Assembly: GCA_965637545.1 (NCBI GenBank)
Contig: OZ281494.1
Location: 5,518,001-5,582,000, forward strand
DNA length: 64,000 bases
Reading direction: 5' to 3'
From: Phallusia mammillata
Lineage: Eukaryota
A program made the position numbers and the translations under genes. The notes under the pieces were generated by a model, which saw nothing but the letters and a program-made list of their open reading frames with translations, searched no databases and was not told the origin of the DNA. This document shows, one piece after another, positions 12,497-25,800 of this stretch; positions within the stretch are counted from its first letter, which is position 1, and every line of letters begins with the position of its first letter.

Positions 12497-15400
12497 ATGG
12501 ATCGACGATTTTGGGTTTGCTGTGTTATTTTGTGTCTCTCCATCATCAAAGGCTGTTCTGCTGAATGTTTGTTGCAACACAGTTTTGTTGTTTTCTGGCT
12601 TGCGAAAATATACTGCTACCATTAATTTTGTTTAAATCTGGCTGAAAAATCATTCAATAACTGCAGATAAAATAAAACTTTTGTTTTCGATATTTCAACG
12701 CAATGAAATGACTCCGAATTTTGCAACTTCAATAGTTATTTTGATCCCCGGATTTGGGGAATTTATTGACATTTAAAACTTAACGTATGTGCAGGGACTC
12801 GGACATGCTTTACTGGCAACATGACATCACTGAATGCATCAATTCAATCACCCCGATTCTGTGCTCATAATACTTTGAAACTTATTGATGGAGGTAAGTT
12901 GTTTGTATGCTGGAAATGCGTGGCGTATAGTTAGATCAAATTTATTCAGCCGATGTCCTATGAAACCGTATTGTTACAAGACAGAAAATAATAAAGTGAA
13001 TCAACAAAGTATACTGCGTATTCCTGTATTATTATTTGAAAAGCACGAAGATGGTGTTTGTTGTTGATACTCGACTAAAAAAAACGTGACATTAACTCGT
13101 TGAAAAACACTGAAACCATTTGCATGGTAACACAAACAATTTTTTAAATAAACGTATAGCTAACTGTTGATCGGAATCATTCACCAATTTTCGAAAATAA
13201 ATAAACACAAAAATAGCAACCCAATATTCTTAAAAGTCGACAATTTGCTACAAAGTGTGATTTTGTGGACGTGCATTATAATGGAATTTGTTTTTCAGAT
13301 AAGACAAAGACAGCTATAACAGTTTTAGGTAAAATATGATTTGAAAATTCAGAATAAAGTGGCATTCTAAGTGTTGTACTAAGAATGGAAATTATTTTCT
13401 TAATAACGAAATCTGACGATAAATATCTTGGAACATATATATATTTCGCTTAATGGCATCTTTAGTTCTTATAAAAACCACAAGATAAAACATCAAATAA
13501 AAGCCTTTGTGTCTAAAGCTTTGACGTGCACCTGACAAAGATAAGACGTAACTCGCTGTTTGGTCAGCATGTCAAACGTTGCTTGTCAAACCAATTTGAA
13601 AGCGGCAGTTGTGTTTTGTTTTTATTTCAATGTTTTCGTCAATTTGTTTTGTTGTGTTTCTATTTTTGTTCCTTATTATTGATGTTTTTATCTTGTGACT
13701 TATATTAATAAGATTTATTAAATAAGATTAATTTTGGACTGCAGTAAAGAACGGCGAATGCTGCTACACATATGTGAAAGGAACTTGCCACGAAGCAACA
13801 GAGAATCGTTTGGGTGAGCGTGCGAAACAGAATGCAGTGTTTTTTCATTTGATCATTATCAGTAAAATACTGTAGCAAAATACATATCTTCTATTCAATG
13901 ATACCCCCAAAATAACCTAGATGTGTGTCTTTAACCTAACATTATAGTTGATTATCACAGAAATTTTATGCGGATATATGTTAATGTACCACCACAGGTG
14001 ACGAATAAATTACAAACCTCATTTGTGGTGTTTTTAGCGTATGCCGGGGGCAGCGATTGCAAAATCAAAAACATTGAAAATTGGAAACAAGTGAACCATA
14101 ACCTCTACCACAGATTTGAAGTTGATGCCATAGTAAAGAACGGACAAAGTAAGTGTCCTTGTTACTACGTATGCAACAGTCTTCTCTGATTTTTTTAGTC
14201 GAATAGTTGAGCAAGTTAAAATATTTCACGGTCAAAAAATTAATGTAAAGTCAAAGTTGCCCTTCAGTTATGTTATTTGAGAACAGCAAAAAGTAAATGT
14301 AAAGAATAGTGCAATATGAGAAAGTGCGTTTTTCACTGACATTACTTTGCTTACAGCTGCTATAGAGTTCACTGTGTTACCGTGCAACGATGCAGGTATG
14401 TAATAAATAAGAAAAACTGTCATCATTTAATACTCATGTAACAGATACTTTAGGTAATGCCCACAAACACTTTCTCACTAGCATGTGCAATAATAATTTT
14501 AGCGTCGTTTTCTATAATAGTGTGCATAACAGTGATTCTAAATCATTGATCCGCGTGAACTCGTCCCAAAAATATAGTCTATTTTATATCTTATTGCGGG
14601 CAATGTGATGAAACAAACAGCGGAGTTAATACAGTTAAGAATTTGCATATTATTGAACCTCTCTTTTAATTATTAGCATTAAAAATGTTTAGTTAAATTA
14701 ACAACGGGACATGAATATTTTTTGAATCTTTTACGAAGTTAAAAATTGTGAATACACCTGAACTGTGTGAAATTTTTTATTTTCAGCAAATTGTTTTGAT
14801 GAGGCCACTACCATGGCCACAACTTCACCCGCCACAGTATCTACGTCTGGAGCTTCCCAAACCCAATATCTTAACCACAGGGTCAACGCAACTGTCCCAC
14901 CTGGGCATAACTGCACCCCAATTATATCTTCAACTACCCCAGCCGTAAATCCAAATCTAACTAAGGACCCATCTACTCAATCCCTCTTTCCAATTAGCCC
15001 CACCCCAACTGAAGTCAGTACAAACGAGAAAAAACAGACCGCGCAGCAGGAAGGTAACTGTTTTTGTTACTTTGCTAAGTACAGGTTGCTCTACGGTTTG
15101 TCGAACCACAAGTGTTAAGTATGTAAATTGTGTAGAACTTCAAGACACGATAAACGAGGTTCTTGGTGGATTCGTTTTGCCGAATGTGACACAATCAAAC
15201 GCAGAGTTGCTAGCAAACTTGAAACAGTTTGACGAGTTTGTAGTGAACTTGACCATCAACAACGCTGGCAACACAACAACCAAGTTATCGGTCCCTGGCA
15301 TCGCTGAAATGGAATTCGGACAAATCCCTGAAGTCAATCACATTTTTACCACCAATCTTAATGGATCAACTCAGCTATTAGAATTCAGTAGCATTGAGTG

Positions 15401-17632
15401 TCGTGGGAAGAGATCACCTTCTCTTATTGTGTTTGTTTTCAAGCAGTTCATATTTGAGCTTAGCAAGCTGCGACCGTTCTACGTTTTTCGCGACACAACC
15501 AGCTCCTTCTGGCAGATTGCAAACCACACATCGATTCATCCAAGCACCGCCGCACCTTACCTAGGAATTCAAGCATACAAGTTGCTTGATGGATCCCCAA
15601 TCCACGTCAATGTAAAATTCAGTGTAAACGTGACAGGTAAGTCTAACAGTTTTCATTATACACCAAAGTAGATGTCGTTAATTAGCTTCGCAGCATAGTA
15701 ATCTGCTGTTGTCGTTAACGGCATGCGGGATCATGTTACAAAATATCAGGACGCTTAGAGCGGAAATATTTGTCACAGCCAGTCAGTGTTAGCTGTCTGC
15801 TATGTGAGAGACTCTTCTGATTAAAATACCGACTTGACGTTTATCCACATACACAATTTTACGCACACACATTACAAACCAACCTTACTGTTCTATAGAG
15901 TCGCTAATGAGCAAATTAAAATTAAATTGTTATAACATTGCTGTATAAAGACGATTTTTGTAACATCCAACAATCATAAGAAATGCCGGCCCATGTCGAG
16001 CCATAAAGCTTGTTGTTGTTGTGTCAATAAAATGTAACTTGGTTTGCAGTTGACTCGACGTTGGAGAAAGAAGCACCACGAAAGTTGTTCGACGTTTACA
16101 GATCGTGGTACAAGATATCGTCGTTTCAGTTCATCTGCTTACGTCTGGATTATAATGCCAGTCGTTTCACACGCGATGGTTGCATGGGACAGTCAGTTTA
16201 CGGGATGGTGACTTGTTCGTGTGATCAACCTGGTTTCTTCACTGTGGCTCCACAAATCGTCGCACAAGTCAGACCCGATGGAATCAGTGTAAGTCGAAGC
16301 GTTCAAATGTACTTAAATTATTTTGTGTTTTTTATCCCTAGTTTTTGGGTCAATCTGCCTCAAAAAAACAACCCAGAAAATGTGTTTGTAATTAAAAGCA
16401 ACAACAACATGCATTATTTTAGGTAATTTTCTTCGGTGGATTAGTAGTAGGTCTTGTCGTTCTCTTTCTCACGTGGATGGCACTTCTCAAGTTCAGTGTA
16501 CAGGTGGAGTGTGACCGAATTGCAGTGCAAATAAGCCTTGTCTGTGCCCTCTTTCTTTTGCACATTGTTCTCTTGTTCGAAGGACTGGCAACAAAAGGAA
16601 GAACACAGTGTGAAGTGGTCGCATTTTTCTGCCATTACTTTATGATGACCACCGGTAAGTTTAAAATTATCAACCATTTATTGCTCGACTAAACATAACT
16701 TGCATATCCGGTATAGTCGAACATGCACAATTTTATCAAATTACTTAGCATTTGGGACTGTAATATTTTTTGTGTCAGGCCTTCTGGCTCTGGCCGATGG
16801 AGCGACGATCCTCGCCAACTTGAATCCTCGATCTCTTCGATTCAAACGTCAAAACCCGGGTCGCCTCCTTCAAATTCAGCTCGCTGTATGTTTGGGAATT
16901 CCCCTTATCATAGCTGGCGTCACAATTGCCGTCGCGCTTCCACAAGTCGATTACATCTCGATGAGCGAGTACGGATACGAGCGTTGCTGGATCAATCACG
17001 ATTCCATTGCCCTTGTTGCCGGGGTAACCGTTCCCATAGCAATTATCTTTATCGCTTGTTTCTTGCTGGCAATTCTGATCGGCGCCTTTGCTTCCCGAGC
17101 AAAGCCAAACTCCCCGGACGCAGCTCACCAGGCAACCACCTATGACGCCATGACAGTTTATGACGTAGATAATGATCACGTGTTCCGGATGTTGGTGGAA
17201 TACGTGATGACGTGCTTTGCTTTGCTGGTGCCGTGGATCAAGTACTTTATACCAGGTTGGTGCGTCACAAACTTAGCTTTTGCTTGGTTTATCTGCTGTA
17301 ATGCAGCATTTAATGAGTAAAACATCGTGTTTTATTTCCCAATATTACTTTAATACTGCAGTTACGTTTAGGGCATAAGTTTACACATTGTTTTTTTCTT
17401 TTTAGGAATTCACAACATTGAAGTCACTCTGGCTGATATCTACGTCACTATGACGTTAATCGGCTTACAAGGAGTTTTTGTCTTCATTATCTACGTCATC
17501 GTGAGTCCAGATGTAAGACGCACGTTCTGCGGAAAAGGCACAAATTATCCTGAGCGGTACAAGCTTTACTGGTACGGACCAGAGAGAGATCCAGATCCAA
17601 TTCCTCTCGAAAGTTTTGAGGAAAACATTTAA
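12497..17632 (+). CDS. Adhesion-family GPCR copy A (Cys-rich N-terminal domain, S/T-rich stalk, GAIN with atypical GPS, 7TM)
   Basis: Signal peptide MDRRFWVCCVILCLSIIKGCSA; chain of small phase-1 exons; mucin-like exon about 14787-15053; GPS-like GCMGQSVYGMVTCSCDQPGFF; secretin/adhesion 7TM motifs (CHYFMM, YERCWI, LQGVFVFIIY). Some 5' splice assignments are tentative. Confidence 0.8.
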
Positions 17633-20600
17633 ACGTTTCCTTGCCCATGACGTGTTCGTTACGCCATGTGAGCATAATACTGTAATGACAGTTTTATATT
17701 GATGCTTTTAATACGGATTTTGAAATGTATTTTTATCTTTGTTATCGTCTGTCATAAAATTATGATTTAATTGCAATAAACTGTTGATAAACATTGCGAC
17801 AGTTCGTAATGGAAGCTCAAGTTGTTAAAGTTTTTTACCTTTTGTTGTTTAGAATTTGATTTACAAACGTACTTTACTGTTTTTTAAGCAACATTAGGTT
17901 ATTACGACTTGACGTTAGTTGTTTCGTTTGAACTGATTTGCATTACGATTGAAAAGTTAGTAATTTGTTCGGCGTCAAGGGCATAATTTGTAGTTTTTTA
18001 TTCACGAGCTTGATAGAGTTTATAATGTGTTTTTTTACGTAATAGTAATTGTCGTTAATGTATATTATTCCCGAATTTGAATGGCAATGTTTTTTGAGAC
18101 TTCGTTTTGTTTTGACGCTATTCTTTCTCAGTCATACATGTGCACCATTCTCTTTTATTTAATTAACAAGTTTTATTTTTTCACTTTGGAATTTCGACTT
18201 AAGCGTGCTTGAGTTTAATAGTTCGGTGATGTAGCAAAGTTTGGTATTTTGGCAATTAAAATCATTTAGGGAGTTCTTAAAAACGTTGAAAAACTAATGT
18301 TACCAAGGATTGTGGTTCAGATTTTATACGATATAATGGATTATAATCGTTAGTATTACATTTTAATGAGACGAAATAAGGTAGCAATATATTTGTGATT
18401 TGGTGAACAACAAAAGTGTGGAACGTTACATAAAAAAACTCATAAAAAAGATAATGAGGTCTTTCAAAACTGCAATTCAAGAATGTGTGAGATTGAATTT
18501 ATTGACGTACGTGACACACATACAGTTAATTAGCAAAGTTAAAACTGAACTTCGTGCTAAACACCTACATGTGTACAAGGCTAAGCAACAATTGTCAACA
18601 ACAGGAAAATATTCTTTGCAAAAAGCATCTTTTTTGGCAGCTAACTTGCAAGACTTTTTGGGTTTAAGTACCTGACTAGCAAAACAGCATTTCTGGGTTA
18701 ACACGACTCATGCACCTCAACAGGCAAAGGAATTGAGTGCTACAAATGTGCCACAGACGGAAATTACACGAAAGAAAAGTACAAGACAGTGATCAATCAA
18801 AAAACAAAGTACACGAAACATAATTATAAAAAATATTGGGTCACAATGTTGTACAGTGTTCGTGAGGTCACGATATAAAAAACTTATTTTTATGTTTGAA
18901 TATTTAAAACATCATTACAATGAATGTAATTTTGGAATAAACCACCCTTTTCTAGAACTACCAATGAAGCTGTCTTGACTTTAACTGTCCCTATTGTAAA
19001 ACAAGGCCAACATATAGTTTGTGCTAAAATACCCGACATCAAACTGAAAGCACCATGACTTAGCACATTTTGGTTGAGAAATAATTAAAATGTGGTTGAA
19101 GAAAAACATGTACATGTTGTATTTCACAGCACAACAAAAATATCTCTAAAAACTTAATTATCTGTTACATTGTGCATAATTATTACTTGAAGTGTGTACA
19201 AAATAAACAAATACAAGCATACTATTTTGAACCTGCTAATTGAAAAAAATTCATTGAGCTGATTGCAACGGCAATCAAAAGGAATAAATTAATACTAATT
19301 CGGTCAAATAGAGATTGCAATGAGATGAAATAATTTGTTAAATTCACACTTTTTTATTTTTAAGTGTCATAACGTTTTTACAATACTGTTCTATTAGGCC
19401 AAAGTGACAACCGCATTGAAGTCTTGTCGCCAATTGAGGAGGTTTGTGAGGGCAATGACTACAATAGCTTCGGTGATCTTGATTTCGCGGATGTGCGAGT
19501 TTATTTTAAGTGGAAACCACTTTGTGTAAGCAATCTGTTAGTTTCAGTACACGAATTTGTTTTTGCTTCCCGATTTTGTAGGGATTAGAACGACATATGA
19601 TTTGACTTACTGACATACCGACATTTGTATTATAGGTTGTTTTAAACTTTAACGGATTTGGTACTGCAAGGTCCCACCAATTTGAATTTACTAAACTTAC
19701 AGATTAATATAGAGGCTAATAGGTTACACCAATTTTTTACACCAAAACAACTTTTCTGTACAACAGATGAATAGTAAACACGTAATGCGTTCTGCCTTGG
19801 ATGACTGGATAAAACGGGATCAAGAAAAAAGTAACTTCAGTACTTGATACAGTGTTAGGAATCAGCCGAAGAAGGTTAATATCGTCAATTAATAAACGAA
19901 AAAAAAATCGAATCTATTATTGACTAAATTTGCTGATTTGCACAAATCTATTATAGACTAAAATTTTAATGTTGAATACAGATAGACAAATCACAGCGAA
20001 CCCAATCTTTTTTACTTAGACCCAAGAAACACAGAACAAGAGGCAAAAAAGATTTTTACGCGAATAAAAGTGTATGTCTGATAACCTCCGATGAGAAGCA
20101 ATTATTTAAATAATGGCAGGATGTAAACAATTATAATGTGCCAGTACCGACATTGTTATTTTTGTTTATGATGTCATGCACTGTTTCCTATTTCGGTACC
20201 CTTCATTATTTTATTTTTCAGGACATACATATACCGTTACGACGTAAGCTGTTTTTTGATCCCTGTCATATACTAATTCTATTATGCAACGATCATTTGG
20301 CACATAAACTAAGCACAACTGTGGCACTTAATGATAGTGATGTGTCTGTAGGATCATCTACTCCATGCAGTTATGGCTGTTCATTGTGTAGCGCTGTGGA
20401 ACAACAGCCGCACGATCACCTTCAAACTTTACAGGAAACAATTCCACTTTTTCACGACCTGCCTTGTGAGGACAGTGGCGTCGCGGTCTTTACTTGTAGG
20501 TTGTGTGGAGAACAACATGTGATACGAGCCGATGAACAAACATTGAAGGGAAGGTTTGTTGACATACGATCAAAGTTCAAAGCAAAAAGAAGTGGAAAAT

Positions 20601-22882
20601 TTGTGGAGCATTTTACCAGCGGTGTATGGGAACTCTTTTCTCCAATGCAGCCCAAACTAAGCGATTACTACACTGTAATGTTTGTGGAACGATCCACCGT
20701 CAAGAAGGACTGGAAAAGGAGATCGATGCCAAAATAAAGGCTAATTGACCTATAATAGGAAAGCAAATTAAGAAAAACAACGACGTGGGTGGGATGAAAA
20801 AATCGAATATTGATGTCTTAGTAAACGTTTTTACTTGGTATTTGATAATTTAGTATTTGGAAATATATTAATCATGGTCGTAAATCAGGCCAATTTTTCC
20901 GGTCAGATTCGTATTTGCTCTTGAACAAAACGGGCTTGATTCGGGGCTGGCTTTACACTTGGCCACGCTGTGTCGCAATTTCACGCAATTTCACTGGTAA
21001 TTCTTAGTTTTGCGCCTAAACTGGCTCATACGTTTGGATTTCGGGCCGAGTTCAAACTCTAACTTTGCGACCGTCTACTACTGTGACATAAAACTATAAT
21101 AACTTGTATGTACTGTAGTAACTTGATTGTGAGGTATAGCTGTGCTTGTGAATATATCGTGTACATGACTTGTAGTTAAAATGAAATATGTGTAGCTTAT
21201 GACATCATTATTTGGATTTCGAAGCTGGGTCTGTTCAGGTAGTACTCTTGCACTTGTGTTGTAGATTTAAGATTTTTTTTGTAGATTTTTTTAGGGTGTA
21301 TGATTTATTTCATACAAAAGCCAAATACAAAATTACTACTAAAAAAATCGGTGGAGAAGGACAGTACTAAACTTGTCATGAATTCGGAATGGATGTAGAA
21401 ACTGACTCAGCACCTCTTTTGCAATAACTGATTACAGAGTAACTTTGTGGCATCATACAATCGCAACACCGTAGGGCAGTGGTTCCCAAACTGTGGGCCA
21501 TGGCCCAGTACTAGGCCACTAAGACATTTTCAATGGGCCACAGAGCCATTTGAACAGATTCTACTGGTTTGTTGTATTGTAGATATTATGAGCTTTGTTT
21601 TGAGAAACATATTATTTGTAAACAATAATTATGTAGCAAAAGTTACATAAGGTTTGGATTTACTTCTTTAAAAGATCATGTAATTTCAAATTTTGAAAAG
21701 AAAGATTTGCAGCATGTGGTGAGCCACGAATCGCTACTATAGGTAGACATTTGGGCCACAGACCGAAAAACGATATTCTTGTTTAATTTGGCTTTATCAT
21801 TGGTAAGACTTTAGTTATTTTATCTCTCATCTTGTAAGTTGTAAGGCAAATAGGCGATTGTAAAGTATCCTTATTTCCGTTTACATTTTAAGATTATTTG
21901 TGGTATCATAAAAAGGCACAAAGTGCTAGCTAACAATACGGTTTTAAAAGTCTTTTATTGACTGTTTCAATAAGCTTAAAAACACAAATCTGTCCTCTGG
22001 CTTGCAGGTGCGCCAATTCAAGACGTGCACTGTAACCATACTTAGAACCGGTTTGAATTGCTGACTTCGAGAAGCGTTGTGGTCAAAGACACGTGGGGGA
22101 TCAAATAAATATTTTTTCTGTTTTGCTGAACAAAAGGGACGAGAAAAACATTTTATCAAATCGACTTAAGCTATGAAACCAAGCAAACTTCGTTGCGTCA
22201 CGAATAAACATCCAACACTTGAAGGGAAACTAAAGAAAACTGCACAAATTCTTTGTGAATTTAAAGCTTCGTGAGATTAATATTATCAAGGTCAGATCAC
22301 GTTTCACGCCCCATTGTCAGATCTAAGGAAGTTTGAACTCGTTGTGTGTTTAGTTTCGTATATTTTTGTTGATATAGGTTTAAAGAAGTTGTTTTGAGTT
22401 TCTGTTTGAGCAGTGAGCTAGTGAATCGAAGTTGATTATATTTTGATGGCTACCTCGAGAAATATAACTGTAAATTTCCTGACTATTGCAGATGTTCGAA
22501 ATGCGCTAAACGTTAGGGATTTATATAAGCAGACGTTTCGACGTCATATACAGGTCGCTTTCATCAGGAACAAGACCAAAGATTTATTTCTGTTGACTTA
22601 CAGCAGTATTTCGGTTGCGTTTCCTCATTTGATTTAAAACAATAATCGGTTTCTATGCAAAGTTTTAAATCGAGTCAGGTGCAATAATGAAGTCACTGAT
22701 TTCTCATCATATTGGCTAAAATGCAAATCAGATCGGAACGATTTTCATCAATGTTTTATCGCATAATGCAAAGTCAAGTCGGTGACCAAATTGTTCTCAC
22801 CAACTTTGTGTCAACTTTGTTACCGACGGTTTGATGTCATGTATTTAAATTTTCGCAGATTGAGTGCTGCTCGAGTATAATA

Positions 22883-25800
22883 ATGGCCAAAGTTGGGATC
22901 CTACTATATCTATGCTGTATTTGTATGAAACAAGGTAAGAGCTACAGCAGGTTTTAAATATATTAACAGCTAACCACGGTACATTAGACGAGGGTCTGAA
23001 AACACATTTTTGGCGACAAACGTACAAAAGTCCCAACGTCTTATCACTCCACAGGCGAACATTTGTTTTGTAGCAAGCAACGCTCCTGGTAAGTCACTCT
23101 GCAGAGAGGAGGACGGATACCATCGCTGCGTTGGATCCAACTTGTGTATTCCGCGGTACATGGTTCACGATTATCACCCAGATTGTCCGGGAACTAACAA
23201 AAGCGATGAGTACATGGGTTCGTGATTTGTTTTGAATTGTTGATGTGGCATATCTGCACAAGTGCATGAACATTAAATGCAAAGACATTGGGATGGTTTT
23301 GTATCGCTTGCAGTGTTTCTTTGTCATACAAGTGCCACACAACAGCAAAACTTTATGCTGCAAAAAAATCAAATATGAAAGTTTGTAACCGGTTTTCAGA
23401 AAACTTATCAAATGAATCACTTTATAATAATTTCACTCACTATCATTATTTGTCCAAAGATTCCCTCAAATGCAACGACGATGAAATCGTCTGCCGCTTT
23501 TCACAAAAGTGCGTACCTCGGCATCTGGTTAACACACCGGAAAGCTGCAAACTTAACGAAATCTTGGTTTTACCATGCAGGAATGATTCAGGTAAGATGA
23601 GAGCAAAACACATTAAAAGTTATTCACAGTCAACACTCGCGTCTGGAAAAATATTGTGTCAATAAATTGGGCGACTCCATTTTCCATCAGGAGCAAACCA
23701 AAACGACTGATATGACTCGATCATTGACGTTTGTTTGTTATAGAGTTCACATGCAAGCGAAGCAGGATTTGTATTCCACGTTGGCTGGTGCAAAACGGAA
23801 AGCGTGACTGTGACACGATGATAGTGAAGGACGGAAGTGACGAAGAAATGAGTCTCGCCTCGTGCGATATCTCAGAATTCTCTTGTTGCAAAAACAACAC
23901 TGCTCCCCTGCAATGCATTCCAAGAGAATGGGTTCTGGACGGCGTAAATGACTGCACAAATGGACGGGATGAAGTTGACAAGTTGACAAGTTGTCACAAT
24001 GTCACTGAGTTTCGATGTGAGTCAAATGGGAGATGCTTGGCAAGATATCGAGTATTAGATGGATTTAACGATTGTCCCAATGCTTCTGATGAGAAGCAAG
24101 CTCTCAAATGCAGTCCAGACAAAGAGTTCCAATGCAGCGACAACGGTCGTTGTATTCCTCGCTCGTGGCGAGGCAACACATTCGTGAACTGCAAAGACGG
24201 AAGTGACGAAGTTCCGTTGACAATGAGCGACACTTGTGTGGAGGGAGAGTTCCGTTGCAACAACAGCAAGCGATGCATTCCCAACTACTTGTTGTGCGAC
24301 GGCATGGATCACTGCGGTGACTGCAGCGATGAGATTGAGAGCTGTAACGAGCCGAGGATGATTCGCTGCCCAAATGATCCTGGCACTTGCGTTGTCCGGA
24401 CTTACTCGTGTGATGAATACTCAGATTGTCCAGGAAGTACCGAGGATGTTAGACAAGTTACCGGTTTTAAATGTAACAAGCAGATCGCAGGGCTTGACAA
24501 TCGCCTTGAATACTGCGTAATTCCACAATGGTCGTTAACAGACGAATATCCAAACTGCCAAGACTCATCCGACTTATGTTTCGTAAACGGAACTTTCAAT
24601 TGTCACCGCTGTCTGTATTCTGACATCATCATCTCACCAAAACAGTTGTGTGACGGAATTTTCGACTGTCCAGATGTCACAGACGAATGCCTTTGCGCAC
24701 AGAGTGTCCCAGCATCGGCTTCGTCAAGATATCTGTGTGATAATGTTTGCTACGGAGTCCCTGGAAGCTCACCCTGCATTTTCTGTAGTCAAGGACAAGT
24801 TAAATGCGGTTCTGAAAACGTTTGTATTGCCAAGTCGCAAGTTTGTGACGGTAGAGTAGATTGTCCAATCACGAAGCTTGACGAGCTGAATTGTGGGAAA
24901 CAGACCAAACAGAGCAGCATCAGAAATATTCCTGATTTTCAATGCAACGTCATTAATTCTGAAGTACGAACTTTTGCTACACTTGTTATAAACAAGGACC
25001 TTGTTAACTCTTTTGCTCCAGTTCAAGCTAAAAGGTAAGATCAAGTCTTCGAATTAAAAGTATTAGCGCAAAACAGTAAATCGGAAATACAACTTCAGAA
25101 AAAAAAATCACTGCGGTACAATTTTGGCTCTTACAAAATATATTTTGCAAAACTTTATAGTTTTAGATTCGATGACAAAACAAAAATGCAAGATAAAATC
25201 TTGTGTGCTTTGTACTTTGCAGGTGTGATGGTATTGTTGAATGTTCTGTGTTTGAGGACGAATGCAGCGAAAGAGCAAACTGCAGCAACCGACTTCCGAT
25301 ATGCGACCAAATTGCCAGTCATCACGTAAGTTTTATAATCTCAAAAAATCTCATTTGCAACATCAAATGGTTATTATTTCTATTCTGATTCCAGGAGTTC
25401 AATAATTTCGGTTTTGCGTTGCACCCTTTTCCTGATTTAACTATATACTTTGTTGCCTTTTGCCACTTGTATAAGACAAAGCACGCACAGTGATCATGGT
25501 GTGTATTTGTTTATGATTTCCAGTTTCCAGTTCCTAAAAGTATGACTGGAGGTCTGCAAGTATGGGTTGAATTGAGAAAGTGCACTCCGTTGTTGGACCT
25601 AATCTTCGGTAAATCGGTTTGCAACGGGATAGACGAATGCAGAGAAGGATACGACGAAACAAATTGCCCTAACCAGTTTAAGTGCAACGCCGGCAAAGTG
25701 AGCTCTATACTTCAAGGTAATATTTAAAGTTTGTGTACCTAAGATTTATTCTGGAGAAGGCAAAAAAGTTTTTTGTTTTTTAACTTCGTACACTTTTCTT

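Larger units (their letters stand above)
1..18099. repeat. Segmental duplication unit 1 (about 18 kb)
   Basis: Sequence from base 1 recurs from about 18100 and stays colinear through the LDLa-GPCR and the adhesion-GPCR 5' exons. The first 1.3 kb recurs again at 44883-44927 plus 56316-57540, and 9960-18099 recurs, with local replacements, at 37020-44882. Confidence 0.95.
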
